From an uncultured delta proteobacterium (lineage in GTDB: Bacteria; Myxococcota_A; Polyangia; Polyangiales; Polyangiaceae), in contig CAVQUB010000011.1 in the NCBI GenBank assembly GCA_963716725.1, forward strand, positions 288,001-352,000: a stretch of DNA of 64,000 nucleotides, written 5' to 3'. This document shows positions 8,920-19,074 of this stretch, in pieces. The notes under the pieces were generated by a model. That model was not told the origin of the DNA, did no database searches, and saw nothing but the letters and a program-made list of their open reading frames with translations. A program made the position numbers and the translations under genes. How positions within the stretch are numbered: position 1 is the stretch's first letter; the number at the start of each line of letters is the position of its first letter.

Positions 8920-11856
8920 ATGATCCCCGGGTTCGGCAAGCAGAGCATCACCATCGGTAGCGGCCCGCATTGCGAGATCCACGTCGGCGGCCCCGGCGTC
9001 GCCGCCGAACACGCGCGAGTCGTGCACCAGGGCGGCGGGCAACTGGTCTTCGTCGACGGCGGCACCGGGCAGACCTTTGCCAACGGCCAGCCCATCGCGC
9101 CCGGCTCGACGCAGCCCTTCGACTTCCGCACCCAGTTCATGGTCGGCCAGACACCAGTGCCCAACGCGCACCCGGCGCTGGCCCTGATGTTGATGCAGCA
9201 GGGCGCTCTTCCCGCGACGCCCGGTCAGATCGTATTCGGAAGAGAGCCCGCACGCGCCCACGTGGTGATCCAGCACTCGAGTGTGTCCGGGCAACACGCG
9301 ACGGTTTCGCTCAGCCCGCTCTCCATCACCGACCACGGCTCGACCAGCGGCACTTGGATCGCGGGCAATCGCCTGGCCGCCAATCAAGCCACCGCCCTGG
9401 ACCAGAACGCGCTGGTGGCCATCGGTCCGGTGCCGCTCCCGGTACCGCTGGCGCTTCAGCTCGCCCACGCGCTCGGCGGAGGTGCCGCCGCCGCGTCGCC
9501 GCAAGCCGCGGCGCCTGCCGGAGGGCAAGGCGTCGCTCGCCCGAAGCACAAGACGGTGATCGGCCAAGTGGCCATCGGCGGTCCCGGCCAGCCGACGTTC
9601 AAGAGCATCGGTCGAACTCCCGACAACGACATCGTGCTGCCGCACCCGCAGGTCTCCAGCAAGCACGCCTTCCTGCACAAGATCGGGCCGCAACTCTTCC
9701 TCGAAGACCGCGGCGCCGGCAACGGCACCTACGTGCGCGGCCAGCGCATCCCGCCTGGGCAGAAGGTGCCGGTCCAGAACGGCGAAAAGGTCTTCATCGG
9801 ACCGATGCCGCTGCTGATCCAGGTCGACGCGGAAGAGGTCGCCGTCATCGTCGAAGACGTCGCGCAGTGGGCGGGTCGCCCGCTGTACGAGATCGAGGCC
9901 TGGGATCTGGTGATGCAGGTCAACGACCGGGACAACCCCGGCCAGATGAAGACCCTGCTCGATCACATCAGCTTCAAGGCGATGCCGGGCGATCTGATCG
10001 CCCTGATGGGGCCCTCCGGCGCCGGCAAGACCACCCTGCTGCTCGCGCTGAACGGCTACTTGCCGCCCACCGGCGGGCAGGTGCGGATCAACGGCGAGGA
10101 TCTGTACGCCATCTACGACGCCCTGCGCGGCAGCATCGGCTACGTCCCGCAGGACGACATCGTCCACCCCGAGCTGACGGTCTACGAGGCGGTGCGCTAC
10201 TCCGCCAAGTTCCGCCTGCCCTCGGACTACAGCGAAGAAGAGATCAACCGCCGCGTACAAACCACGCTCGCCCAGCTCGGGCTCGAATCTGTCTCGCACC
10301 TTCAGATTGGCAAGCCCGAAAAGAAGATCCTCTCGGGCGGACAGCGCAAGCGCGTCAACATCGCCATGGAGCTGGTGACCGATCCGGTCATCATGTTCTT
10401 GGACGAACCCACCTCGGGTCTGGCCGCCGACGACACCACCGCGCTGGTCGAGTTGCTCGCCGGCCTCGCGCGCACCACCGGCAAGACGATCATCTGCACC
10501 ATTCACCAGCCCGCGAAGGACGAGTACGAGAAGTTCAACCTCGCGCTGGTGCTGGGCCACGGCGGCATGCCCATTTATTACGGCCCCACCAAGGACGGCT
10601 ACAAGTTCTTCGGCAGCTTCCTGGAGCGCATCGGCAAGACGAACACGGTCGACAACCCGCGCGACATGTTCGACATGCTCAACCAGCGCGAGCGCCCGGT
10701 CTGGGACGCTTTGCGCGCGCAGAATCCCCATACGACTCGCTACGCCGCGCGGCAGGCCGCTGCCCGGGAGTGGAACGCGGAGTTCTTCAACCCGCACAAC
10801 CCCATCTTCCAGAAGATGTTCAGCGGCGTGCGTGCGGTCGGCGCCGGCAGCCACCAGCCCGGCGTGCAACGCGGCCGGGGGCGCACCGGCGGGCAGTTTT
10901 TCCTGCTCTTCTCCCGCTACTTCAAGACCAAGGCGCGCGACGTCAGCGGCACCGTGATCATGCTGGCGCAAGCGCCGATCATCGGCATCTTGCTGGCCCT
11001 GGTCTTCGGCGGGCAGAAAGAGGCCATCCCCTACTGGTGTCTCGGCGCGCTGCAAGAACTCGGGCGACGTTCCGGCGGGCTCGGCGCCGGCTCGAACGAG
11101 CTGCTCTCCGGCATGCAGGTGACGACGGACCACTCAGGCGCCGCCTTCTTCTGTGTGGTCGCGGCCGTCTGGTTCGGCACCAGCAACGCCGCCCGCGAGA
11201 TCGTCGCCGAGCGCGCCATCTACATGCGCGAGCGCATGGTGAACCTCAAGCTCTTCAACTACGTGTTCAGCAAGTTCCTGCTGCTCACCTTCATCTGCAT
11301 CATCCAGTGCACCGTGCTCTTGGGCATCGTGTTCTTCGCCCTGGGCTTCCACGGGGGGCCCGTCGCGTTCGCCATCGAGCTCGGCACGCTGATCGTCACC
11401 TCGATGAACAGCGTGGCCATCGGCCTGCTCCTGAGCACCATCGTGACGAGCAGCGAAGCCGCGATGGCGCTGACGCCCATCGCCCTCATCCCCCAGGTGG
11501 TGCTGGGCGGCATCATGGTCCCGATGACCACGAACTCGCTGCTCGAGTGGCCGATGTACCTGGTCCCGGCTCGCTGGGGCTTTCAGGGCGTCGTGGCTCA
11601 AGAGCGCATCGCCATTGCTGCGGATGCGGCCTGGGTCATGGACTTGAAACGGCCCGACACCAACAGCATCGACAACTTCGTCAGCCAAGGGAAGTTCCGC
11701 TGCGCCGAGGCCCAGATCGCCAGCATGGACTTCAACGGCGCCTGGGGCTTCAAGGACTACGAGCTGTTCTGGCTGCCGCCCGCGGTGCTCTCCGCGATGA
11801 TGTTCGCCATCTTGATTTGGATCCTGATCGCGCTCAAGCGGCGCGACTCGATCTGA
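8920..11856 (+). CDS. Triple-FHA ABC transporter (ABCG-type ATPase plus permease; Rv1747-like architecture)
   Basis: Three FHA-like segments (TIGSGP..AEHA; FGRE..SGQHA..STSGTW; IGRT..SSKHA..GNGTY); Walker A GPSGAGKTT; signature LSGGQ; Walker B FLDEPT; IHQP; ERAIYMRER ABC-2 permease. Confidence 0.92.
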   Translation: MIPGFGKQSITIGSGPHCEIHVGGPGVAAEHARVVHQGGGQLVFVDGGTGQTFANGQPIAPGSTQPFDFRTQFMVGQTPVPNAHPALALMLMQQGALPATPGQIVFGREPARAHVVIQHSSVSGQHATVSLSPLSITDHGSTSGTWIAGNRLAANQATALDQNALVAIGPVPLPVPLALQLAHALGGGAAAASPQAAAPAGGQGVARPKHKTVIGQVAIGGPGQPTFKSIGRTPDNDIVLPHPQVSSKHAFLHKIGPQLFLEDRGAGNGTYVRGQRIPPGQKVPVQNGEKVFIGPMPLLIQVDAEEVAVIVEDVAQWAGRPLYEIEAWDLVMQVNDRDNPGQMKTLLDHISFKAMPGDLIALMGPSGAGKTTLLLALNGYLPPTGGQVRINGEDLYAIYDALRGSIGYVPQDDIVHPELTVYEAVRYSAKFRLPSDYSEEEINRRVQTTLAQLGLESVSHLQIGKPEKKILSGGQRKRVNIAMELVTDPVIMFLDEPTSGLAADDTTALVELLAGLARTTGKTIICTIHQPAKDEYEKFNLALVLGHGGMPIYYGPTKDGYKFFGSFLERIGKTNTVDNPRDMFDMLNQRERPVWDALRAQNPHTTRYAARQAAAREWNAEFFNPHNPIFQKMFSGVRAVGAGSHQPGVQRGRGRTGGQFFLLFSRYFKTKARDVSGTVIMLAQAPIIGILLALVFGGQKEAIPYWCLGALQELGRRSGGLGAGSNELLSGMQVTTDHSGAAFFCVVAAVWFGTSNAAREIVAERAIYMRERMVNLKLFNYVFSKFLLLTFICIIQCTVLLGIVFFALGFHGGPVAFAIELGTLIVTSMNSVAIGLLLSTIVTSSEAAMALTPIALIPQVVLGGIMVPMTTNSLLEWPMYLVPARWGFQGVVAQERIAIAADAAWVMDLKRPDTNSIDNFVSQGKFRCAEAQIASMDFNGAWGFKDYELFWLPPAVLSAMMFAILIWILIALKRRDSI

Positions 11857-11860
11857 TGCG

Positions 11861-13090
11861 CTAGCGAACCACGACCTTCACGCCGTCGGCGATGCGATCG
11901 CTGGGGTGCAGGACCACGCGTGCTCCGGGCTCGAGACCCTCGGTCACCTCGACGCGGCGCTGGGTTCGAAGGCCAATCTGCACGAGCACGAGCCGCGCCA
12001 GCGGACCGTCCACGCGGAAAACCGCCCACCCCGAGTCGCGCCGGAAGACGGCGCTCGCCGGGACCTGTAGGGCGTCCGCCTTCTCGTGCGTCACGATCTC
12101 CGCCTTCACCCGGTAGCCGTCGCCCAAGTTCGCCCACGCCTGCGACGGGCCCTTGGGGTCCAGCACCACGTTGACCCGTTGTTCCTCCACTCCTAGGGCC
12201 GAGAGCCGCGTGAAGGCCGAGGGCTCGATGATGCGCACGCTGGCGGCCAGCGCGCTCCCTCCCCACTCGGTGATGCGCGCCTCGGAGCCCGGTCGCACGT
12301 GAACCGCGTCGCTGGTCAGCACGTCCACCACGATCTCGAGCGCCGCGGGATCACCGACCTCCACCAGTGGTGTGCCCGCCTGAACCACGCCTTCGCTCTT
12401 GTGCAGCACCTTGAGCACGCGGCCGGCGACGGGCGACACCACCAGGAGCTGCTCTTCGGAGCCCGGCTTCACCTTGCGGCCGAGGCGCCCTAGGGCGGCG
12501 CGGGCCACCTCCACTTCGTAGTCGGCGACCTTGGCTCCGAACTTGGAGGACTCGAAATCCGCGTTCGCGGTCCGCTCCGCGAGCACCGCGCGGTCGACGC
12601 TCTCGCGGGCGGCGATCCCCTTGTCGGCCAGCTCGCGCTGGCGCTCGATGTCCTTCTTCACGAAGTCTTGGTTGGCCTTTGCGCGCTGGACCTGAGAGGT
12701 GGACTGCCGCTGCGCCGCCAGCGCCGCCGCCACGCGCGCCTCGGCGCTCTTCTTGCTGCGCTCGTCGAGCAGCGGGGGAGCGAGAGGAACCAGCCGCGCC
12801 ACGAGCTCGCCCTGCTTGACGGTATCGCCGGGATCGAGCTCGAGCCGGGCCAGGCTCCCATTCAGGGGCGCGGAGACCATGTAGCGGTCCTTCACCCGCG
12901 TCGTGCCGTCTTCATCCACGCTGACGCTGAGCGCGCCCGTCTCCGCCACCGCGACGTCCACCGCCACGGGCTTGGGCATCAGAGCCAAGACCATCATGAC
13001 CACCAGCGTGCCCACCATGGCGAGGGCGAGGCCCCGCTTGACCCAACGTGCAATGCTGCGGCGCCGTTTCTTCGATTCTCGGTCGTTCAT
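11861..13090 (-). CDS. Efflux transporter periplasmic adaptor (MFP/HlyD family)
   Basis: N-terminal TM helix; lipoyl halves VSAPLNG / VVSPVAGRV; SALGVEEQRV; GLEPG. Confidence 0.9.
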   Translation of the reverse strand: MNDRESKKRRRSIARWVKRGLALAMVGTLVVMMVLALMPKPVAVDVAVAETGALSVSVDEDGTTRVKDRYMVSAPLNGSLARLELDPGDTVKQGELVARLVPLAPPLLDERSKKSAEARVAAALAAQRQSTSQVQRAKANQDFVKKDIERQRELADKGIAARESVDRAVLAERTANADFESSKFGAKVADYEVEVARAALGRLGRKVKPGSEEQLLVVSPVAGRVLKVLHKSEGVVQAGTPLVEVGDPAALEIVVDVLTSDAVHVRPGSEARITEWGGSALAASVRIIEPSAFTRLSALGVEEQRVNVVLDPKGPSQAWANLGDGYRVKAEIVTHEKADALQVPASAVFRRDSGWAVFRVDGPLARLVLVQIGLRTQRRVEVTEGLEPGARVVLHPSDRIADGVKVVVR

Positions 13091-13093
13091 CGA

Positions 13094-15457
13094 TCACTCT
13101 CGCGTCTTGAGCACTCCAATCAAATCGAGCTTGTCGAGCCGACGACGCACCAGCAGGCCCGAGATCGCCGCTGAGATCAGCGCGACCAAGAGCGCGATGG
13201 CGTAGCTCCGCACCGTGATCACCACAGGCATGCGCCACTGCTCGGGATCGACGCTCGCCGCCACCCCCTCGACGAGCAGGCGACCGAAGACCAAGCCGAG
13301 AGGCAGGGCCAAGAGCACCTGCAGGGCCATCTCGCCCAGCAAAATGCCGGAGATCTCGCCGCGGGTGAAGCCCAGGACTCTGAGGCTCGCGAGGTCACGC
13401 GCACGAACTGAGAGCGCAACACGCGCGTTGTTGTAGACGACCCCGACGGTGATGGTAGCCGCGAAGAGCATGATGATGGCCGCCATGGTCGTGATCATGT
13501 TGGCGCTCTGGCTCTCGAAGCGCGCCAAGAGGTCGGCGCGGCGTGTGACGCTCACGACGTAGGGCATGTCCTTGAGCCGGGCATCGAGCACCTCGGACTG
13601 AGAGGGATCGACGCGCAAGAGCGCCATGTTCACTTTGGGCGTCTCATTCATGAAGCGCGCCAGCGCCTCCGCGGGCATGTGCCCCAAGAGCCCCATGGCA
13701 TCGTCCACAGTGCCGCTGACCACCAGCTGTCGCTTGCCGCGCTGTCCCTCGTGGATGTCCACTTCGATCCGATCCCCGGGGCGCACCCGCAGGATGTCCG
13801 CCAGCACGTCGGTCAGCACCACGCCGTCGGGCGGCATGGGCGCGAGCTTTGCGTAGCGATCGCGCAGCTGCCGCAGGTCTCCTCCCTCGGGATAACCGAG
13901 GATCGCGGCGTCGCGGTGGGAGTGACCGGAGCGAAACCGCACGGGCACGCTCCTGAGCCCCTCCACACTGAGCACGCCCGGGGTGTGTTGCAAATCGGAC
14001 AGCGCCCGGGCGGGACGCGCCTCGATGAAGGTGACGGTGACGTCCTCGCGCATGACCTCGTGGAACTGCGTGTGAACGAGCTCGCGCACGCCATCGTAGT
14101 ACCAGCCCCCGATCACCATCAGCCCGACGGAGACCGCGATGGCCAGCGCAGAAAAAACGGTGCGGAACGGGCGGCGCTGAAGCTCCCGCACGATCATGTG
14201 CAGCGACGGCCCGACCACCCGGGCGAGCCCCAAGATGTCGATCACGGATCGCCGGTAGCGAGCCGGAGCCGGCGGGCGCATGGCCTCGGCCGGGGGTAGC
14301 GCCACGACCCCCCGCACAGCGCCGAAGGCTCCCACCAGCGCGGAGAAGACACTCACCAGGACCGCGGCGCTCGCGCTCTTTCCATCGAATGTGAACGCGA
14401 GGTTCGGAAATTTGAAGTACGTCGAGTACAGGTCGACCATCACGTCGCCGAAATAGGCTCCCACTCCTACGCCGGTGCCCGCGCCGAGCACCAAGATCGC
14501 GAGCACGAGCTGGAAGAAGTGCAGCCCCACTTCCCAGTCCGAGTAGCCGAGGGCCTTCAAGGTGGCGATTTCGGGTCGCTGGAGGTGGACCAGCCGCGAG
14601 AGCACGACGTTGACCAGGAGCGCGGCGACCAAGAGGAAGATCACCGGCAGGATGGTCGAGAAACTCTCCAGCTGGGCAATCTCCCCGTCGATGGCCCAGT
14701 TCGACGGCTGTCGGCCCGCACCGTAGGCGCCGACGCAGCCGTAGGGCTCGAGCAAGCGGTCGAGCGCGTCGATCACCGCCCTCTCGCTGGCGCCGGGTTG
14801 CAGCTTCACCGACAGCGAGTTGAATGCGCCTTCCATACGGAAGGCGGCTGCCAGCGCTGCTTCGCCCATCCACATCACCGCGAAACGGGCGGGGTCGGGC
14901 GCGACCTCGCCGGCGGCGATGGCAAAGACGTACTCGGGGCTCATCACGATCCCGGCCACGCGCACGTCGCGCTTCTTGCCGTTCAAGACCACGGGCAGCT
15001 GATCGCCCGGCCGAACCTGGCGCGCGACCGCGAAAGACTCGAGCAGCAGCACTTCGTCGCTGCGCCCGGGCTCGAGCCAGCGACCGTCGCGAAGGTGGAG
15101 GCGATTGAGAGTCTGAAGCTCCTCGTCGCCCACTGAGATGACCAGCGCGCGCAGCGGTTCGGCCACTTCGGGCAGCGGCATCATCGCCGGCTCGACCACG
15201 CGCCCGTCCGCCCGGGACACTCCAGGGAGCTGTTCGATGCGAGAAAGCAGCGAGCTCGGCGCCCGCTCGAGGCCGGCGAACACGTCGCCGAAGCGCTGCC
15301 GCTCGTAGTACGCCGCCCGCGCCTCTTGGATCGACGTGTAGGTGCCGCGCAGGGTGACGAAGGCCGCGATGCCTGCCGCGACGACCAGCGCGATGGTCAG
15401 CATTTGGCCCTTGAGCCGCCAGAGATCACGCACGAGCTTGTGGTCCAGGGCCCTCAC
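13094..15457 (-). CDS. FtsX/MacB-like ABC transporter permease (duplicated MacB-PCD/FtsX domains)
   Basis: [53 protein letters not shown] overlap with the ATPase gene. Confidence 0.92.
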   Translation of the reverse strand: MRALDHKLVRDLWRLKGQMLTIALVVAAGIAAFVTLRGTYTSIQEARAAYYERQRFGDVFAGLERAPSSLLSRIEQLPGVSRADGRVVEPAMMPLPEVAEPLRALVISVGDEELQTLNRLHLRDGRWLEPGRSDEVLLLESFAVARQVRPGDQLPVVLNGKKRDVRVAGIVMSPEYVFAIAAGEVAPDPARFAVMWMGEAALAAAFRMEGAFNSLSVKLQPGASERAVIDALDRLLEPYGCVGAYGAGRQPSNWAIDGEIAQLESFSTILPVIFLLVAALLVNVVLSRLVHLQRPEIATLKALGYSDWEVGLHFFQLVLAILVLGAGTGVGVGAYFGDVMVDLYSTYFKFPNLAFTFDGKSASAAVLVSVFSALVGAFGAVRGVVALPPAEAMRPPAPARYRRSVIDILGLARVVGPSLHMIVRELQRRPFRTVFSALAIAVSVGLMVIGGWYYDGVRELVHTQFHEVMREDVTVTFIEARPARALSDLQHTPGVLSVEGLRSVPVRFRSGHSHRDAAILGYPEGGDLRQLRDRYAKLAPMPPDGVVLTDVLADILRVRPGDRIEVDIHEGQRGKRQLVVSGTVDDAMGLLGHMPAEALARFMNETPKVNMALLRVDPSQSEVLDARLKDMPYVVSVTRRADLLARFESQSANMITTMAAIIMLFAATITVGVVYNNARVALSVRARDLASLRVLGFTRGEISGILLGEMALQVLLALPLGLVFGRLLVEGVAASVDPEQWRMPVVITVRSYAIALLVALISAAISGLLVRRRLDKLDLIGVLKTRE

Positions 15458-16197
15458 CAGCGGAGATCCTTGGCGCGCGCTCGCTTCTCGTTCCGCTCTT
15501 CGCTCCCCACAGACCCGTCGTGCAGGGTGACGACTCGGTCGGCCATGGCCGCCACCGGCGCGTTGTGGGTGATGACGGCGGTGGTGGTGCCGAGCTCTCG
15601 GTTCACCGATTCGATGACCTCGAGCACCACGATCCCGGTCTGGTAGTCGAGAGCGCCCGTGGGCTCGTCACACAGGAGCAGGTCAGGACGCTTGGCTACA
15701 GCCCGCGCGATGGCGACTCGCTGCTGCTCGCCCCCGGAGAGCTGAGCGGGAAAGTGATCCAGTCGCTGCCCGAGGCCGACCAGCTCGAGAGCTTCGGCCG
15801 GCGAGAGCGGATCGTCCGAGATCTCGGTGACCAGCGCCACGTTCTCCCGGGCCGTGAGGCTCGGGATCAGATTGTAGAACTGGAATACGAAGCCGACGTG
15901 CTCGCGCCGATACTGGGTCAGCTCCCTACCGCTCGCCGACGTCAGGTCGTGGTCCCGGTAGACGACTGTTCCACTCGTGGGCACGTCGAGGCCGCCCAAG
16001 ATGTTGAGCAGCGTGCTCTTGCCGCTGCCGGAGGCGCCGAGCAAGACCACCAGCTCGCCGGGGTACAGGCTCAGATCCACGCCCCGCAGCGCGTGCACGT
16101 CGACGTCGCCCATGCGGTAGACCTTGGTCAGATTTCGGCCCGCCAGGACGGCGGCTTCACCGGACGTGGGAGCGGGGGGCGAAGCGGGTGCGGCCAC
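15454..16197 (-). CDS. ABC transporter ATP-binding protein (MacB/LolD-like)
   Basis: [36 protein letters not shown]. Confidence 0.95.
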   Translation of the reverse strand: MAAPASPPAPTSGEAAVLAGRNLTKVYRMGDVDVHALRGVDLSLYPGELVVLLGASGSGKSTLLNILGGLDVPTSGTVVYRDHDLTSASGRELTQYRREHVGFVFQFYNLIPSLTARENVALVTEISDDPLSPAEALELVGLGQRLDHFPAQLSGGEQQRVAIARAVAKRPDLLLCDEPTGALDYQTGIVVLEVIESVNRELGTTTAVITHNAPVAAMADRVVTLHDGSVGSEERNEKRARAKDLRW

Positions 16198-16275
16198 CGG
16201 CCCAGCATACCGGGCCGGAGTGCAGCGGCCAGCACCCAGGCGTGAACAACGCCCGAAAATGCTGCGTTGCGGGGA

Positions 16276-16689
16276 TCACCGGCCGTGGATGTGGCGACGT
16301 GCCGGTCGCGGTCGAATGCGCTCCGAGGCCTCGGGCAGTTCGAGCACGAAGGGGTAGACGACCGACCAGTGTTCCGGCTTGCCATCGTGGAGCGAAGTGA
16401 GAGCAGGAAACTGCCCACGCGAGAACGCACGGACGAGGCAGGACTCGGCGGCCCGCCCCAAGGGCGCTGCGCTTCGCTCCAGCGTCACCTCGCGAGCCTT
16501 GCGGTCGAAGATCGCCAGCTTCACGGCGTAACGACCCGCAGGCAGCGCGAAGCGATCCGCGCAGCTTCGAACGGCCGGCGAAGCCCGACGCAGGACGCGC
16601 AACAGCGGCTCTTTGGCGATGCTCGATGCGCCGACAGGAGCCACCCAGAGCGGCACTGTGAGCACCAGGAGGAACGCCGAGACACGCAC
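16276..16689 (-). CDS. Secreted protein with an AgmX/PglI C-terminal-like (TonB-C-like) domain
   Basis: Signal peptide; AVRSC...AESCLVRAFSRGQFP...VVYPFVL pattern. Confidence 0.6.
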   Translation of the reverse strand: MRVSAFLLVLTVPLWVAPVGASSIAKEPLLRVLRRASPAVRSCADRFALPAGRYAVKLAIFDRKAREVTLERSAAPLGRAAESCLVRAFSRGQFPALTSLHDGKPEHWSVVYPFVLELPEASERIRPRPARRHIHGR

Positions 16690-16728
16690 TCTCTGAGGGA
16701 CAACCGGGAAGCGGCAGAGTTCCTCGAG

Positions 16729-18285
16729 CTAGTGTGGCGGGGTCAGCGGCGGCGCCCGGCGCGGCAATACGACGCGGAACACCGACCCCTCCCCCAGCCG
16801 GCTCGCAACCTCGATTCGGCCTCCGTGGGCGGTCACGATCTGACGCGTGATGTACAGGCCCAAGCCCAGGCCGCTCCGACCGCGGCCGGAAGCCCCACGC
16901 TCGAACTGCTCGAAGATGCGCGAAAGATCCGCTGGGTGGATCCCGATCCCGTGATCCTCGACGCGCAAATCGACCGCATCGTCGCCCTCGCACACCGCGA
17001 CCTCGATGGGCTTGCCTGCGCCGTATTTGAGCGCGTTCGAAACCAGGTTCTCCACGACCTGCTCGAGCCGCATGCCGTCCCAGGTTCCAACGAGGTCGCC
17101 TTCGGTGACGAACTCGAAGACCTGGTTGGTCGCGGCGGAGCCCTCGCGAGCGCGCTCCAGCACCTCTCCCGTCAGCTCGCCCAACGACACCGGGCTGCGG
17201 TCGAGCACCAGGTGCCCTTCCCTGATGCGAGAGGCGTCCAGCAGATGGTCGATCAGGCGCTCCAAGCGCTGGGTCTGGCGCACCGCACCATCCAGCTTGC
17301 GCCGGACATGCTCCTCGGGAGGGGCCGACTGCGAGAGGCTCTCGAGCCGAAGCTTGAGCGCGGTCAGCGGCGTCCGGAGCTCATGAGACGCGATGGAGAG
17401 GAACTCGTCCCGCGCACGGATCGCCTGCTTCAGGTCCTCCGAATCGGAGTAAGTGCAGAGCCAGCCCACGATGGTCCCGCTGGCATCGCGCTCGGGGAGC
17501 GCGCGGCAGGTATGCCAGCGCATCGCGCCGTCGAAGCCGCGCATCAGCCTGCATTCGATTTCGAACGCCTCCCCCGAGGCAACGGCCCGCTCCCAGGCGC
17601 GGACGAAGCGCCGCTTGTCCTCCGGATGCAGAGCGGCGACGAAACCCCGGCCACGCGATCGCTCGAAGCTCAGCCCCGTGTACTCGAGCCAACGACGGTT
17701 GCAGTACTCGAGGGCACCCTCCGGGTCGAGGGTCATCACCGCTTCGGTGATGGCTTGGGTGAGGTTTTCGTAGCGCTTCTCCGCGACCGCGCCGCTCTCT
17801 GCAGCCCGTGCGTGTTGCACCTTCCGGGTTGCGTCTCGGATGATAGCCGCCTGCTGTTCGAGTTGCAGTTCGCTCCGCCGGAGGCCGGCGTTGAGGCGCA
17901 CCTTCGCTCGAAGCACCGTAGGGTCCACGGGCTTCACCACGTGATCGATGGGAAAGGCCGCGGCGCCGCGGTACAGCTCGCCGAGGACCACTTCGCGTCC
18001 GACCAAGCAGATGGTCGGTACCAAGCTGCGACGCCGACGAAGGCCCAGCTGGAGCTCGCGGAGCTCAGAGTGCTGCGCGTCCACGACGATCACCGAACAT
18101 GGGCGCTCGGCCAGGCGTTTCAAGCCGTCTTTTGCCGTGCGCGAGAACACCGTCCGGTGGCGCGGCGCACCCAGGTGCTCGCCGAGCACCTGCTGATCTC
18201 GGCTCCGAGCCGCCACGATCAAGACGTCGATACGCTCGATCGCAGTGCGCAACGCCCTCGCCCGACGCCCTCTCTCCCCATGCAT
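16729..18285 (-). CDS. Sensor histidine kinase (degenerate receiver, PAS, HisKA, HATPase)
   Basis: PAS (YCNRRWLEYTG, LHPED, MRWH); H-box ASHELRTPL; N-box NLVSNALKY; G boxes DHGIGI and GLGLGL. Start uncertain (ATG 18285 used). Confidence 0.9.
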   Translation of the reverse strand: MHGERGRRARALRTAIERIDVLIVAARSRDQQVLGEHLGAPRHRTVFSRTAKDGLKRLAERPCSVIVVDAQHSELRELQLGLRRRRSLVPTICLVGREVVLGELYRGAAAFPIDHVVKPVDPTVLRAKVRLNAGLRRSELQLEQQAAIIRDATRKVQHARAAESGAVAEKRYENLTQAITEAVMTLDPEGALEYCNRRWLEYTGLSFERSRGRGFVAALHPEDKRRFVRAWERAVASGEAFEIECRLMRGFDGAMRWHTCRALPERDASGTIVGWLCTYSDSEDLKQAIRARDEFLSIASHELRTPLTALKLRLESLSQSAPPEEHVRRKLDGAVRQTQRLERLIDHLLDASRIREGHLVLDRSPVSLGELTGEVLERAREGSAATNQVFEFVTEGDLVGTWDGMRLEQVVENLVSNALKYGAGKPIEVAVCEGDDAVDLRVEDHGIGIHPADLSRIFEQFERGASGRGRSGLGLGLYITRQIVTAHGGRIEVASRLGEGSVFRVVLPRRAPPLTPPH

Positions 18286-18444
18286 GCGTTCCCCCGCCGA
18301 TGCCGCTGAGCCGCCAGACCTGACCGCTCCCCCTTGGCCCAACGCCCAGCATACCCCGGGTCAGCGGCCGGGCGGAAGTGCTGCATGTCTCGGTTTGCAT
18401 CGCTCCGAGCACGCCGCGCACCGAACAAACCCCGGTCCGCGGAC

Positions 18445-18460
18445 CGGCATGCCGCTTGCT
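18445..18460 (+). promoter_or_regulatory. Putative sigma54 -24/-12 promoter of the CBS gene
   Basis: CGGCATGCCGCTTGCT: GG-N10-GC, 13 nt before ATG 18474. Confidence 0.7.
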
Positions 18461-18473
18461 CTTGTTTCGAAGC

Positions 18474-18986
18474 ATGCTGCGCGTACTCGACGTGATGACG
18501 ACGTGGCCGGTCGCGGTGGACGTCAGTCTCGGCGTGATCGACGCCCTCCGCTTGGCTGAATCGTGGGGGGTGCATCACCTGCTGGTGACCTCCGATCAAG
18601 AGCTCGTGGGCGTGGTCTGCCGCTGCGACTTGGCCGAGGCCGGCGACTCCGAGCTCGTTTCCCGACGAATGACCTCGCCTTTTGTCTTCGTGAATCCCCG
18701 CGCGAGCATCGAAGCAGCGGCGGAAACCATGGTTGCCCAAGGGGTGGGCTGCCTACCGGTCCTCGACGACCTGGGGCAGCTCGTGGGGGTGGTCACCCGC
18801 CGCGATCTCAGGGTCGTGGGCGCGCTGCCCGGCTCGCCGGGGTTCGACGCTTGCGCCGCCTGCGGCGAGATGCACAGCCTGCGACGCCCGGCTCGGGGTG
18901 GCTGTGTGGTGTTCTGCGGCGAGTGCCTCGACCGGTCGCTGCCGCGGGACGATCACGCGGTGACTACGCTGGGCGGAAACGGCTGA
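18474..18986 (+). CDS. CBS-pair protein with a C-terminal CxxC...CxxC putative zinc finger
   Basis: VLDVMT, HHLLV..LVGVV, GCLPVLD..LVGVVTRRDL; then CAACG...FCGEC. Confidence 0.85.
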   Translation: MLRVLDVMTTWPVAVDVSLGVIDALRLAESWGVHHLLVTSDQELVGVVCRCDLAEAGDSELVSRRMTSPFVFVNPRASIEAAAETMVAQGVGCLPVLDDLGQLVGVVTRRDLRVVGALPGSPGFDACAACGEMHSLRRPARGGCVVFCGECLDRSLPRDDHAVTTLGGNG

Positions 18987-19074
18987 GGGCCCGACCCCCT
19001 CCCTTGACATCAGGCCCCCGGGACGCGATGTCTGGTCGTTGGAGGGGTGCGGTCCGACGGACCGCCGCCGAGGC

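Noticed and set aside
8740..11864. Long alternative-frame and antisense ORFs (797 aa and 964 aa) over the FHA-ABC gene
   Set aside because: Arg/Ala-rich translations without motifs, explained by the codon bias of the real gene.
16267..18309. 680-aa plus-strand ORF
   Set aside because: Antisense to the histidine kinase and AgmX-like genes, which carry the recognisable motifs.
19004..19035. Perfect TTGACA -35 upstream of the plus-strand activator gene
   Set aside because: No convincing -10 hexamer at 16-18 bp spacing.
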